Source: an uncultured delta proteobacterium (GTDB taxonomy: Bacteria; Desulfobacterota; BSN033; UBA1163). Taken from it: a DNA stretch of 64,000 nt. Shown piece by piece: positions 1 to 10,416 of the stretch. Numbering within the stretch: position 1 is the first letter of the stretch; each line of letters begins with the position of its first letter. A program made the translations under genes and the position numbers. The notes below the pieces were generated by a model that did not search any database, had not been told where the DNA came from, and worked only from the letters and a program-made list of their open reading frames with translations. The DNA is taken from positions 150,347 to 214,346 of the forward strand of contig CAVQFR010000015.1 of the NCBI GenBank assembly GCA_963711845.1, written 5' to 3'.

Positions 1-184
1 TAAATAATTCTTACAACCCCTAATTCAAAACTCAACACTTATAACTTGCGTCGCCTTCAGCGACGTAAATATAAGAATATCAGAAGAAGAGAGATAAATC
101 AAGATACAAGTTTCTTCTTATGCAGTTTCGCTCCGACTTTTCCATTCAGAGATTGGAATGATAGGCGTGTTCGAGGCGGGTCAC

Positions 185-1621
185 TCACTCCACGATCTCC
201 ACTTTGATGAGGTTGGTGGTTCCCGGCATGCTGATGGGAACTCCAGCGATGATGACAATCTTTTCTCCTTTTGAGGCCATTCCCAACTCTTGTGGAATCC
301 TCTTCGACCTCTCCAACATTTCATCCGTATCCTTCCAGTCGGGGACCAGAGCAGGGTAGACCCCCCAGCAGAGATTGAGTTCCCTGACGGTTGAAATGTG
401 CCGGCTCAAGGCAAGAATGGGCTGACGAGGCCGAAGCTTCGACACCCAACGTGCCGTACTTCCTGATTCAGTTGGAGTAATAATCACCTTCGCCCCCACT
501 TCTTCAGCCAGCAAAGAAGCAGCGCGGGTGATCGCCCGTTGGACATTCATCCCTTCCAACCCTTCGTCCGTTTCCCTCCTTAAAAATAGAGAATGAGGAA
601 ATTCCTCTTCTGCTGACAGAGCGATCTTCGCCATCATCTGGAAAGCCTCGACAGGAAACTGGCCGCTGGCCGTCTCCTCGGAAAGCATGACTGCATCCGT
701 CCCGTCATAAATGGCATTGACCACATCCGTCACCTCTGCCCTTGTGGGCTGCGCGTGGTCTACCATGGATCTGAGCATCTGAGTTGCAGTGATCACAGGT
801 TTTCCCAGGGCATTGGCCTTCCGAATCAACATCTTCTGGACATTGGGGATTTTTTCAAGAGGAGTCTCTACACCCAAATCTCCTCGTGCAACCATAATTC
901 CATCTGAAGCCCACAAGATCTCGTCAATGTGTTCCAAGCCTTCTTTCCGCTCGATCTTTGCAATGACAGGAATATGGGCTGACTCCTTTTCCAGGAATCT
1001 CTTAACCTCTCTGATGTCAGCAGCCTCTTTCACATAGGAAAGACCGATAAAGTCTACTCCGTGTTGAATACCGAAGAGAAGGTCTCGTTGATCCTTCCCC
1101 GTGAATGCCGATGCGAGAATGGACCGGGTTGGAAAATTGACTCCCTTGTGTGACGTGAGCATACCCCCGACCATGACGCGACATTGGATCTTTTGACCGT
1201 CGCTTTTCAACACCCGAAGTTCGATGGTTCCGTCCGAGAGAAGAATCGTATCTCCGGGCTTCACCTCATCAGGAAGGGAAGCATAGTTCACAAACGCCCC
1301 CTTCTCGTCACCCATGATCTCCTGATTGGTCAGGAAAAAATCTTCCCCCCGTCTCAGTTCGACCCCGCCTTCTCTCACCTTACCAATTCTAATTTTGGGA
1401 CCGGACAGATCTTGAAGGATGGCAACGGGCTGTTTCATCCGGCCTGAGATCTGCCGAACGGTTTCGATCTTTCTTAAATGTTCCTCGTGAGTCCCGTGAG
1501 AGAAATTGAGTCGTGCCACATTCATCCCGGCCTGGATCAGGGCTTCCAGGACCTGAGGCGATTCGCTCGCCGGACCAATGGTACAAACGATCTTGGTTTT
1601 TCGTCTTCTCTCTTGAATCAC
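185..1621 (-). CDS. pyk: Pyruvate kinase
   Basis: KTKIVCTIGP, ARLNFSHG, IMVARGDLG, TATQML, DAVMLSEET motifs; GTG at 1621 preferred over the ORF-track start at 1645. Confidence 0.97.
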   Translation of the reverse strand: MIQERRRKTKIVCTIGPASESPQVLEALIQAGMNVARLNFSHGTHEEHLRKIETVRQISGRMKQPVAILQDLSGPKIRIGKVREGGVELRRGEDFFLTNQEIMGDEKGAFVNYASLPDEVKPGDTILLSDGTIELRVLKSDGQKIQCRVMVGGMLTSHKGVNFPTRSILASAFTGKDQRDLLFGIQHGVDFIGLSYVKEAADIREVKRFLEKESAHIPVIAKIERKEGLEHIDEILWASDGIMVARGDLGVETPLEKIPNVQKMLIRKANALGKPVITATQMLRSMVDHAQPTRAEVTDVVNAIYDGTDAVMLSEETASGQFPVEAFQMMAKIALSAEEEFPHSLFLRRETDEGLEGMNVQRAITRAASLLAEEVGAKVIITPTESGSTARWVSKLRPRQPILALSRHISTVRELNLCWGVYPALVPDWKDTDEMLERSKRIPQELGMASKGEKIVIIAGVPISMPGTTNLIKVEIVE

Positions 1622-1797
1622 TTCTTTTTTCCCCTTTCGGAACAAGAGCCGGGCTTTTCGTGAACTCCGAAAAATATTATCTCAAACCCTTTTCCATGTC
1701 CATACATTTATTAATATAATGTTTATTTGAAAAACTGAATTTTGTGGATATAATCTTCTAGAAGACTTTGGATGGCACGCCAAAGAGAGGAGGAACT

Positions 1798-2655
1798 ATG
1801 AACAATATTCTCAACATCCTGTGGATCATCATTCTGATCCAGATTTTCATTCCCTTATTACAGAAACGTCTTTTGGCCGCCAAACGTCTGGGGATGATGC
1901 GAAACTTAGAAAAATACCGCCAGTCTCGAGTGATCACCATGATCCATCGACAGGAAACCATGAATTTTCTGGGTTTTCCCATTGCCCGCTACATTGATAT
2001 CGAAGACTCGGAGCATCTCCTTCGAGCCATTCGCATGACCCCCGTGGATATGCCCATCGACCTTGTCTTGCATACCCCCGGAGGACTGGTCCTGGCCTCC
2101 GAGCAAATCGCTTGTGCCTTGAAACGTCACCAAGGCAACGTCACGGTCTTTGTTCCCCACTACGCGATGTCGGGTGGAACGATGATCGCTCTTGCTGCGG
2201 ATGAAATTGTCATGGATCCTGATGCTGTCTTGGGCCCCGTCGATCCCCAATTGGGAAGCCCTCAGACCGGTTATTATCCGGCTGCCTCAATTCTCAAGGC
2301 CCTGGAACAGCCAAACCCTAATCGGGAAGACCATACGATCATCCAGGGAGATATCGCCAAGAAAGCCATTACCCAGGTCTATCAAACCATCAATAGGCTT
2401 CTCTTAGAACATCAGACTCCTGAGAAGGCCTCGGAACTGGCAAAAATGTTCAGCGAAGGGCGCTGGACACATGATTACCCCGATCAGACTTGTGACGAGG
2501 CGAAGGCAATGGGTCTTCCGGTCAGTGACCAGATGCCTGACGAAGTCTATCAATTGATGGACCTCTACCCCCAGGCCAGACCGCAGCGCCCAGGAGTGGA
2601 ATTCATCCCGATTCCCTATCGCTCTCCTGCCGTGCCGGGCAAAGGTGAGAAGTGA
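1798..2655 (+). CDS. ClpP-class serine protease (SDH/DUF114 family), membrane anchored
   Basis: N-terminal TM, VITMIHRQE, LHTPGG, HYAMSGGT catalytic Ser, GRWTHDYP; AGGAGG RBS before ATG 1798. Confidence 0.88.
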   Translation: MNNILNILWIIILIQIFIPLLQKRLLAAKRLGMMRNLEKYRQSRVITMIHRQETMNFLGFPIARYIDIEDSEHLLRAIRMTPVDMPIDLVLHTPGGLVLASEQIACALKRHQGNVTVFVPHYAMSGGTMIALAADEIVMDPDAVLGPVDPQLGSPQTGYYPAASILKALEQPNPNREDHTIIQGDIAKKAITQVYQTINRLLLEHQTPEKASELAKMFSEGRWTHDYPDQTCDEAKAMGLPVSDQMPDEVYQLMDLYPQARPQRPGVEFIPIPYRSPAVPGKGEK

Positions 2656-2696
2656 ATCAGACACATATAATCTAACATCAGAGGGGGTAATCCGAG

Positions 2697-3002
2697 ATGG
2701 TATGGAAACCAAGCGAGAGAGAAGAAGAATATTTTGCGAGGATGGAATTCGAAAAAAAGAAAACACAGGAAGAAGGAAAACAGAAGAAACTCGCAGAAGC
2801 GGAGAAGAAAAAGCTTAAAGAGCTTCATTACATGAAGTGCCCGAAGTGCGGTATGGGACTGATCGAAATCGATTATAAATCGACTAAGATCGATAAATGT
2901 TCTGGATGTGAAGGCATATGGCTCGATGCGGGCGAACTGGAAATTGTCTCACAACTTGAAAAAACAGGCCTCGATAAACTGTTCAGCGTTTTCAAGAAGT
3001 GA
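2697..3002 (+). CDS. zf-TFIIB zinc-ribbon domain protein with charged N-terminal helix
   Basis: CPKC...KCSGCEGIWLDAGEL; GAGGGGG RBS. Confidence 0.85.
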   Translation: MVWKPSEREEEYFARMEFEKKKTQEEGKQKKLAEAEKKKLKELHYMKCPKCGMGLIEIDYKSTKIDKCSGCEGIWLDAGELEIVSQLEKTGLDKLFSVFKK

Positions 3003-3020
3003 AACCTTGTTTTTCATGAA

Positions 3021-3217
3021 TCAACCCTTCGACCTTCCCCGGTCTAAAGCCCGGAGTTTGCCCCTCGGCCTGAGCTCGGGTCGAAGGCTCAGCCTGCCTG
3101 CCGGTAGGCAGGGGTTGATACTGCACTTCGACAAACTCAGTATCCTGAGCTTGTCGATGGAAGCGGCACTCTTCACCCCATCCTAAGGGTTGGGGTGTGG
3201 CGCCGTCGAAGTATCAA
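3021..3217. mobile_element. Non-autonomous IS200/IS605-like miniature element carrying three nested palindromes
   Basis: Two subterminal hairpins (ccggtctaaagcccgg; caccccatcctaagggttggggtg), 3' end ...gtatcaa; internal palindromes at about 3062-3087, 3093-3112 and 3126-3159. Confidence 0.6.
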
Positions 3218-4055
3218 GTCTTTTTTTCTCTATCAAGAAAGCCACCTCCCCTCCCAGGAGGAAGATAACCGAGGAATAGTAAATCCAGAGAAAAAAAATG
3301 GCCACGGTGCTCAAAGAGCCGTAGAGGATGGAAAATCTCCCCAGGTGAAGGACATACCATCCAAATAACTGTTTTGACACTTCCCACAATACACTGGTAA
3401 AGAGTGCCGCTTGAAGAGCGGTTTTGAAATGGATTTTCTTATCCGGAATGATTTTGTAAATTAAAAAACACATCCAAAAAGTGAAAAAGAAGGGGATGAG
3501 ATATTTCAGGATGAACCGAATGATTGGCATCATATTGAGAAAAGGACGAAAGCGGTAACCCTGGACAAAGGTGACCCCAGAGGTGAGCACCATACTGATG
3601 AGCAGAAAAGTTCCAGCCAAAAGAATCATGAGAAGATCGATTCCCTTCCCACGAAGGATGCCTCGACTGGTATCAACCTGAAAGACGATATTCAGGGCTG
3701 TTCTCAATGAACTGAACACCCACGTGGAGGTCCAAACCAACCCTACGATGCCCACCCCTCCAACGATCTTACGGTCTCGAATGATTCTCAAGAGGTTATT
3801 CATAATCTTTGGGTCGAGAGAGGGGAACGCATTTTCCAGGTAGTGTCGTATATGGTTCAACACTTCCCGAAAACTGTAAAGGTAGGTGCCCAGCAAGGCC
3901 AAAAGCAACAAGATGAAGGGAATCAAACAGATGAGAAGGTTGAAGGTAATTCCCGAGGAGAGAAAAAAACCATGGTCATCGTTGAACTTTGTTAACACGC
4001 CCCAGAGAAGACGGGGTTTCTTTTTTAACCCTTTTCTCCATTGCGTCAATTTCAC
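3183..4055 (-). CDS. YihY/virulence factor BrkB family membrane protein
   Basis: Multiple TMs, ALNIVF, LWEVSKQLFGWY, YGSLSTVAIFFLWIYYSS..LLGGE. Confidence 0.9.
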   Translation of the reverse strand: MKLTQWRKGLKKKPRLLWGVLTKFNDDHGFFLSSGITFNLLICLIPFILLLLALLGTYLYSFREVLNHIRHYLENAFPSLDPKIMNNLLRIIRDRKIVGGVGIVGLVWTSTWVFSSLRTALNIVFQVDTSRGILRGKGIDLLMILLAGTFLLISMVLTSGVTFVQGYRFRPFLNMMPIIRFILKYLIPFFFTFWMCFLIYKIIPDKKIHFKTALQAALFTSVLWEVSKQLFGWYVLHLGRFSILYGSLSTVAIFFLWIYYSSVIFLLGGEVAFLIEKKRLDTSTAPHPNP

Positions 4056-4177
4056 TCTTACCCCTTCTGTAATTTTTTAATCACTCTGTCAGACCTGTCT
4101 TGATTTCGAGGAGATGAGGATATTCCTCCGGATGATTATTGCAATTGCCTCATGATGTACCCTTCCCAACGTGATCG

Positions 4178-4423
4178 TTAGGCTGAAGGAAACCCGTGAT
4201 TTGAATTTTTCGACCGAAACGATGCCCGTAAGGCTCCTGAAATCCAAAAAAGAAGGGCGAACAATATTCCTAAACCGACCGATCCAAAGATGATATAGAC
4301 CAAAGAGGTTTCAAATCTCCACAGCAGAAATCTTATTGTAATAAGAGGAGCAGATGAATTTTGAACAGCGAAAATCGCCACAATGACGATGATTAGAAAG
4401 GCTATCCACAAAAAGATCTTCAT
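4178..4423 (-). CDS. LapA (DUF1049) family small membrane protein
   Basis: IFAVQNS..ITIRFLLW.FETSL pattern, two TMs; GAGAGG RBS. Confidence 0.8.
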   Translation of the reverse strand: MKIFLWIAFLIIVIVAIFAVQNSSAPLITIRFLLWRFETSLVYIIFGSVGLGILFALLFWISGALRASFRSKNSNHGFPSA

Positions 4424-4462
4424 GATTCTTACCTCCTCTCAACGCCCGTCGGACCCGATGAC

Positions 4463-5074
4463 CTAATACGGATTAGAAAAGTAGGTATCAAAAATCTCTG
4501 TCAAAATTTCATTCATCATGGCTTCCACCCTTTCGGGTGTCGACCTGGTCACGGTCATCTCCCTCTCGATTTCCACATTTCGTGTAAAAACCTTACTTTC
4601 TTTTTTTACCCCCAAATGGATAACCAATTGGACAACGGTCTTGACATTTGTTTTGAACGGCGCCCCCTTCCCATCCGTCCAGAATCTTTTGATTTCAATC
4701 ATCAAGACGGAATCGGCCTCCATGTTCTTCAGAGATTCGGGTTGTCCATCCCAAGAGGGAATAGGAATGGTTTTCACCCCATAGCGGGGAAGGACATTGG
4801 ATAGAGACTCTTTGATCGCCGTTTCCAACGGAAAAGGATGGCTTCTGAAATAACTGAAATCACCGTGAAAATTGGCGTGGGCGCCAATCCGTAAGGTATC
4901 CGCCCTTTCATCTTTAAAGGGGGCCATGCCAAGGGTGGCTCCAATCTTCTGCTGAAGGGATGGAAATTCTTTCACGGGTTGATATCGAAGGTTCAGAGAA
5001 TACGTTCCTGCGTCGGCACCCTCCACGACAAAAAAAGCTAAAGAAAAAATAAAGAACCAGCGAATTGATTTCAT
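4463..5074 (-). CDS. Hypothetical exported protein (possibly YajG-like fold)
   Basis: Signal-peptide-like N-terminus, AGGAGG RBS, 203-aa ORF. Confidence 0.65.
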   Translation of the reverse strand: MKSIRWFFIFSLAFFVVEGADAGTYSLNLRYQPVKEFPSLQQKIGATLGMAPFKDERADTLRIGAHANFHGDFSYFRSHPFPLETAIKESLSNVLPRYGVKTIPIPSWDGQPESLKNMEADSVLMIEIKRFWTDGKGAPFKTNVKTVVQLVIHLGVKKESKVFTRNVEIEREMTVTRSTPERVEAMMNEILTEIFDTYFSNPY

Positions 5075-5187
5075 GGATCACCCTCCTGTTCTTAATGTCT
5101 TAGGTCACCCTCCCCGTCGCATAGAAAACATTTCCAAGAGCGGTTGGGTGTGCTGAGAAACCTTGTTGAGGTCATCTTATCACATTT

Positions 5188-6333
5188 TTAGAAAATCTTC
5201 TCCCCTTCAATCCACGTGGATCGAATCGTCAGGCTTCTTTGATATCCAAACAGCACCAAATCGGCAGACTCTCCTAAAATAATTTCTCCTCTCACATCTG
5301 GAAATAGTCTCTGTTCATTATTCGTTGCCATTCGAATCGCTGAAGCGAGATCAATCCCTGCAAAACGAATCACATTGGCAATGGCACGGTCCATGGTCAG
5401 GGTGGAGCCTGCGAGGCGAGAAGTGCTAACTGACCGGGCTGCCCGGTCGGAACCCACCTCCACTTCTAAGTCTCCCAATGTGTATCTTCCCGAAGGGGCT
5501 CCTGCTCCGGCCATACTATCGGTGGTCAGAACAATTCGATCTATTCCTTTTGCCCGGACATAATTCTTCACTGCGTCCGGGGAAAGGTGAATCCCATCGA
5601 CGATGATACTTGCCATCAGTTGATCCGTGACCAACTGTTTTTGGATTAAATTCCGATAGCGCGGAAGAAGTGCGGAGGGAGCATTTCCGAGGTGACAGGA
5701 GAGACGGGCCCCCGCTTGAACAGCCTGTTCCAGGTCCTCTTCCGTAGCATGGGTGTGTCCGATGCCAATCACGATCCCATGGGTCACCGCTTTCTCGATG
5801 AAAGGAATGGCTCCTTTCACCTCCGGCGCTAATGTCACACATTTGATTCGGCCTTCGCATGCCTCCTGAAACCTCTCCAATTCCTCCCATTGGGGGTGCC
5901 GGACAAATTCCCGAGGATGAACCCCTCTGGGCCCCTCTTCAGGGGAAATATAGGGCCCTTCGAGGTGGATTCCGAGACACATTTTTTGAAGAAGAGGATC
6001 CTTCTTTAAAGCCTCTGCCAGGATTTTCAATTGGCAAACCATTCTCTCATGGGAGGAGGTGACGAGGGTGGGAAGAAAGCGTGTGACCCCGGTAGAGGCC
6101 AAAGAGAGGGCCGCTTGATGAAGCCCTTCAGGGGTGAGACGAGGGCTATTGAAGTCCACCCCGGCAAACCCATTCACCTGGGGATCAAAAAAACCTGAAC
6201 ATGCGTACAGGTCCGTCCCACCGAAATCACAGCGAGATCCTTTTTGATAAGGGTCCGTCCGAACGATCTTCCCTTTCTCAATGACGATGTTCACGGCAGA
6301 CTCCGTCCCCGGAATTTTCCCTTGAATGATCAT
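5188..6333 (-). CDS. nagA: N-acetylglucosamine-6-phosphate deacetylase (amidohydrolase)
   Basis: DPQVNGFAGVDF, GIHLEGPYI, TLAPE, HLGNA, DGIH, TDSM, LAGSTLTMD. Confidence 0.9.
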   Translation of the reverse strand: MIIQGKIPGTESAVNIVIEKGKIVRTDPYQKGSRCDFGGTDLYACSGFFDPQVNGFAGVDFNSPRLTPEGLHQAALSLASTGVTRFLPTLVTSSHERMVCQLKILAEALKKDPLLQKMCLGIHLEGPYISPEEGPRGVHPREFVRHPQWEELERFQEACEGRIKCVTLAPEVKGAIPFIEKAVTHGIVIGIGHTHATEEDLEQAVQAGARLSCHLGNAPSALLPRYRNLIQKQLVTDQLMASIIVDGIHLSPDAVKNYVRAKGIDRIVLTTDSMAGAGAPSGRYTLGDLEVEVGSDRAARSVSTSRLAGSTLTMDRAIANVIRFAGIDLASAIRMATNNEQRLFPDVRGEIILGESADLVLFGYQRSLTIRSTWIEGEKIF

Positions 6334-6459
6334 GATGATTTCTCAGGAGAATTATATAGGATATCCGAAGGTTTTAAAACATTTAAGTTCACTTCGTTTA
6401 TAGACAATTACCTTAAAATATTGTAAAAGAGGGGGAAGATCAACTTTCAAGGAGGCCCG

Positions 6460-7440
6460 ATGAAATTTCCCCAGTATCGATTAAGAAGGTTAAGAAAAGA
6501 CGAGCTATTTCGAAGAATCATCCGAGAAACCCACCTCAGGCCGGATGACCTCATTCTTCCCCTTTTCGTCCGTGCTGGAAAAGGATCAAAACAACCTATC
6601 TCCTCCATGCCCGGGCATTTTCAGTTCTCTATTGATCTCTTAACCAAACAGGTGAAGGAGGCTAAGTCCTTGGGGATCTTGGGTGTCATGCTCTTTGGTA
6701 TTCCGGAAAAAAAGGATGAATTGGGGTCGGAAGCCTATTCTGAAAACGGGATCATTCAAAGGGCGGTGAGACAGCTTAAAGAAAAGGTCGAGGGCATTCT
6801 CATCATCACGGATGTCTGCCTCTGCGAATATACCAGCCATGGACACTGCGGGGTGGTACAGGGAGGGAGAATCTTGAATGATGAAACGCTCGATCTGCTT
6901 GGCCGTCAAGCCCTCTCTCACGCCAGGGCAGGGGCCGACATTGTTGCGCCGTCTGATATGATGGATGGAAGGGTGGGAGCCATTCGGAATATCCTCGATG
7001 AAAATCAATTCGAGGATGTTCCCATCATGGTGTATTCGGCAAAATATGCTTCAAGCTTTTACGGCCCCTTCCGGGTGGCTGCAGAATCGAAACCCCAGTT
7101 TGGTGACCGGAAATCCTACCAGATGGATCCATCCAATGGAGACGAGGCCCTGAGAGAGGTTCAGCTCGACATCGAAGAAGGTGCGGATATTATCATGGTC
7201 AAACCCGCCCTTCCCTATCTGGATATCATCTATCGAGTGAAGCAAGCCTATAACATCCCCGTAGCGGCTTACAATGTGAGCGGTGAATTTGCGTTAGTGA
7301 AGGCGGCTTCGCAACTCGGATGGGTGGACGGGGAGCAGGTAATGATGGAATCTCTCACCTCCATTAAAAGAGCGGGCGCTGATTTGATCCTCACCTACTT
7401 TGCCAAAGAAGCAGCCAAAAAACTGGAGAGTGGAAAGTAA
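6460..7440 (+). CDS. hemB: Porphobilinogen synthase (Zn-dependent)
   Basis: [35 protein letters not shown]. Confidence 0.98.
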   Translation: MKFPQYRLRRLRKDELFRRIIRETHLRPDDLILPLFVRAGKGSKQPISSMPGHFQFSIDLLTKQVKEAKSLGILGVMLFGIPEKKDELGSEAYSENGIIQRAVRQLKEKVEGILIITDVCLCEYTSHGHCGVVQGGRILNDETLDLLGRQALSHARAGADIVAPSDMMDGRVGAIRNILDENQFEDVPIMVYSAKYASSFYGPFRVAAESKPQFGDRKSYQMDPSNGDEALREVQLDIEEGADIIMVKPALPYLDIIYRVKQAYNIPVAAYNVSGEFALVKAASQLGWVDGEQVMMESLTSIKRAGADLILTYFAKEAAKKLESGK

Positions 7441-7519
7441 TTTAGAGTTATGAGTTATGAATGATGAATTAAGAGTTAACAATCAAAAACTAGAAACTCC
7501 GAACTCCGAACCCCGAACT
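7441..7519. repeat. Heptamer-periodic inverted array overlapping the ahbD start
   Basis: agagtta-tgagtta-tgaatga-tgaatta ... aaactag-aaactcc-gaactcc-gaacccc-gaact. Confidence 0.7.
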
Positions 7520-8560
7520 GATCAGTACTCCTTAAGGATGATTGCATGGGAGCTGACCCGAAGCTGCAATCTCGCCTGCGTTCATTGTCGTGCTTCTGCA
7601 GCGTATGGTCCATACGAAGGAGAACTTTCAACGCAGGAGGTTTTCAGAGTGATGGATGACATTGCCTCTTTCAGTAAGCCCGTCATCATCCTGACCGGGG
7701 GGGAGCCTCTGCTCCGGCCGGATATCTTCGACCTGGCCTCTTATGGAACAGGAAAAGGGTTCCGGATGGTAATGGCTACCAACGGGACATTATTCAATGA
7801 AGAAATCATCCAAAAGATCAAGGCTTCGGGGATTCAGCGGATCAGCATCAGTATTGATGGCCCGACGGCAGAGACACACGATGCCTTTCGAAAAGTGAAA
7901 GGTTCTTTCGAAGGCTCCCTTCGAGGAATCGAGATGGCCAAAAAAGGGGGTATCGAATTCCAGATCAACACCACCATTACACAGGTCAATCTCCACCGGA
8001 TCCCGGAGATCCTCCGCCTGGCTGTCGGTCTGGGGGCGGTGGCTCTCCACATCTTTCTTTTGGTTCCGACGGGAAGGGGAAAGCAGCTCAAAGATCAAGA
8101 AATATCTGCGCTCGATTATGAAAAAACCCTCCACTGGTTTTACGAACAGATCGATAAGGTTCCTCTCCAACTCAAGGCGACCTGTGCTCCTCACTATTAT
8201 CGCATCCTACGGCAACAAGCGAAAAAAGAGGGAAAGAAGGTCACTCCGAAAACCCATGGATTGGATGCCATGACCCGGGGATGTCTGGGCGGCATCTCTT
8301 TCTGTTTCATCTCCCATGTCGGTCAGGTTCAACCCTGTGGCTATCTCGACTTGAATTGCGGAAACGTAAGAGAAAAACCGTTCCAGGAGATCTGGATGGA
8401 ATCGGAAGTCTTCCGAACCCTTCGCAATACCGATGGCTATCGGGGAAAATGCGGGAGGTGTGAGTTCAGAAAGGTTTGCGGAGGCTGCCGGGCGCGGGCC
8501 TACGAACTCTCCGGGGAATACATGGCCGAGGAACCCTATTGCATTTATGAGCCGATTTAA
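7457..8560 (+). CDS. ahbD: AdoMet-dependent heme synthase (radical SAM/SPASM)
   Basis: [31 protein letters not shown] cysteines [13 protein letters not shown]; follows hemB. Confidence 0.9.
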   Translation: MNDELRVNNQKLETPNSEPRTDQYSLRMIAWELTRSCNLACVHCRASAAYGPYEGELSTQEVFRVMDDIASFSKPVIILTGGEPLLRPDIFDLASYGTGKGFRMVMATNGTLFNEEIIQKIKASGIQRISISIDGPTAETHDAFRKVKGSFEGSLRGIEMAKKGGIEFQINTTITQVNLHRIPEILRLAVGLGAVALHIFLLVPTGRGKQLKDQEISALDYEKTLHWFYEQIDKVPLQLKATCAPHYYRILRQQAKKEGKKVTPKTHGLDAMTRGCLGGISFCFISHVGQVQPCGYLDLNCGNVREKPFQEIWMESEVFRTLRNTDGYRGKCGRCEFRKVCGGCRARAYELSGEYMAEEPYCIYEPI

Positions 8561-8594
8561 ATTCATCGGAGGCCTGGCGAGAGCCTTCAACCCA

Positions 8595-9464
8595 ATGACC
8601 ATGCCGTCTAAAGAATCTAGAAGCGATCTGGGGAAAAAATTGGAGGAACGAACCCACCAGTTGGAGGCGGCCGTGAAGGAACTGGACCGGACCCGGACCT
8701 CCACCCTGGAGATGCTCGGGGAACTCCAAGACGCCAAGAGGGAATTGGAAATGGTCAATCGCCAGTTAAAGGAAATGGACGAAACCAACGTGAAATTCAT
8801 CGGCATCGCCTCCCATGAATTGAAAACTCCCCTCACGGCCATCAAGGCCAATATCGATTTTATCCTTTCCGAGAAAGAAGGGAAGATTCCCGAGAATCTG
8901 AAATCCTACCTCCTTACGATCCAGAGGAATACCAATCGAATTCAAATGAGAATGGATCAAATGCTGGATTTGAGTCGGATGAAATCTAACCGTCTCCTCT
9001 TCAACCGAGAGCGGATCCTGCTCTCTGAGGTGATGGGAGGATATATCGGCGAGGTCACTCCCGTGGAAAAGCACCTTTCTATTCAGGTTGGCATTCCACA
9101 AGACCTCCTCATCTATGCGGATAGAAATGCCCTTCATGATATCTTCATTAATCTCCTTTCCAATGCATTCAAATTCACTGCCGACGGAGGTCAGGTCGAG
9201 ATTCTCGCCGGACCAAAGGACCAATCTGTTCTTCTTGAGATTAAAGACACGGGGATGGGCATTCCGGAGGATAAACTGCAGATGATCTTCGACGAGTTCT
9301 ACCAGGTTGAAGGTGGCAAACACGGGGGAACAGGGTTGGGGCTGGCCATTGCGAAGCGATTGGTTGAAGAACATGGCGGAAATATCTGGGTGGAGTCCCA
9401 ATTGGGAAAGGGTTCCACCTTCTATTTTACCCTTCCCTTCTCTGCGGAGAACAAAGATGAATAG
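8595..9464 (+). CDS. Cytoplasmic sensor-less histidine kinase (coiled coil, HisKA, HATPase)
   Basis: [31 protein letters not shown]; start moved to ATG 8595 to avoid overlap with ahbD. Confidence 0.9.
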   Translation: MTMPSKESRSDLGKKLEERTHQLEAAVKELDRTRTSTLEMLGELQDAKRELEMVNRQLKEMDETNVKFIGIASHELKTPLTAIKANIDFILSEKEGKIPENLKSYLLTIQRNTNRIQMRMDQMLDLSRMKSNRLLFNRERILLSEVMGGYIGEVTPVEKHLSIQVGIPQDLLIYADRNALHDIFINLLSNAFKFTADGGQVEILAGPKDQSVLLEIKDTGMGIPEDKLQMIFDEFYQVEGGKHGGTGLGLAIAKRLVEEHGGNIWVESQLGKGSTFYFTLPFSAENKDE

Positions 9465-10374
9465 CTCAACCGTTCCTAAAAAAGAAGGGAAAGGGAAAGT
9501 CCTCGTCGTGGATGACGCCCCGGATACCTTGGAAATTATCCAAAAGCTTCTCCATTATGAAGGATACGACGTCACGATTGCGTCGACCGGTGAAGAAGGA
9601 GTGAAGAAGGTCGAAGAGGAAAGACCCGACGTGGTCTTGATGGATATCAATCTTCCGGGAATCGACGGCACCGAGGCCCTGAGGAGAATCCGAATCATCA
9701 ATCCTCATCAATGCGTCGTCATGCTGACAGCCTTTGCCACAGTGGATAATGCTGTCTACGCCCTCAAAGAAGGGGCTTCTGACTTCGTGAAGAAACCCTT
9801 TGAGAACGAGCATCTGATTCACATCGTCAACCAGTGTTTGGAACAGTACAAAACCCTGAGGGAGAAAGAAAATTTGGAGGAGGAGGTCAGAAGACTGTCT
9901 ATTACCGATGATTTGACCGGTCTTTATAACCATCGCCATTTCTTCAAGACGTTAGAAGCTGAATTGGCTCGTCTGAAACGTCAAAAAACCTCTCTCTCCC
10001 TCCTGATGTTCGATCTCGACAATTTCAAAAAGTATAATGATCTCTATGGCCATCTGGAAGGGGATAGGGTCTTGAAGACAGTCGGGGAGATCGTCAAATA
10101 CTCCATCCGATCTAATGTCGATTCTGGCTATCGTTACGGAGGGGATGAATTTACCGTTCTCCTCATCGGGGCCTCTGCGGATCGGGCCAGGGCCATTGCG
10201 GAACGCATCCGTTCTTCCATCGAACAGACCAAATCTCATCACATTACGGTCAGCATCGGCCTATCCGAGTACAGGGACCACTTCGACCTGGAGGGGTTTG
10301 TCAAATCTGCGGATGATGCGATGTATCGTGCGAAAAATTCTGGCGGAAATCGGGTTCATACGAATATCTCCTGA
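9457..10374 (+). CDS. Response-regulator diguanylate cyclase (REC-GGDEF)
   Basis: [29 protein letters not shown]; ATG 9457 overlaps the kinase stop. Confidence 0.93.
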   Translation: MNSSTVPKKEGKGKVLVVDDAPDTLEIIQKLLHYEGYDVTIASTGEEGVKKVEEERPDVVLMDINLPGIDGTEALRRIRIINPHQCVVMLTAFATVDNAVYALKEGASDFVKKPFENEHLIHIVNQCLEQYKTLREKENLEEEVRRLSITDDLTGLYNHRHFFKTLEAELARLKRQKTSLSLLMFDLDNFKKYNDLYGHLEGDRVLKTVGEIVKYSIRSNVDSGYRYGGDEFTVLLIGASADRARAIAERIRSSIEQTKSHHITVSIGLSEYRDHFDLEGFVKSADDAMYRAKNSGGNRVHTNIS

Positions 10375-10416
10375 CCCTCTGAGATCACAAGGGAAATGAC
10401 CCTGATGATTTACCTC

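Noticed and set aside
2476-2495. Unusual PDQTC in the ClpP-like protease
   Set aside because: Looks like compensating indel errors in a usual PIT motif
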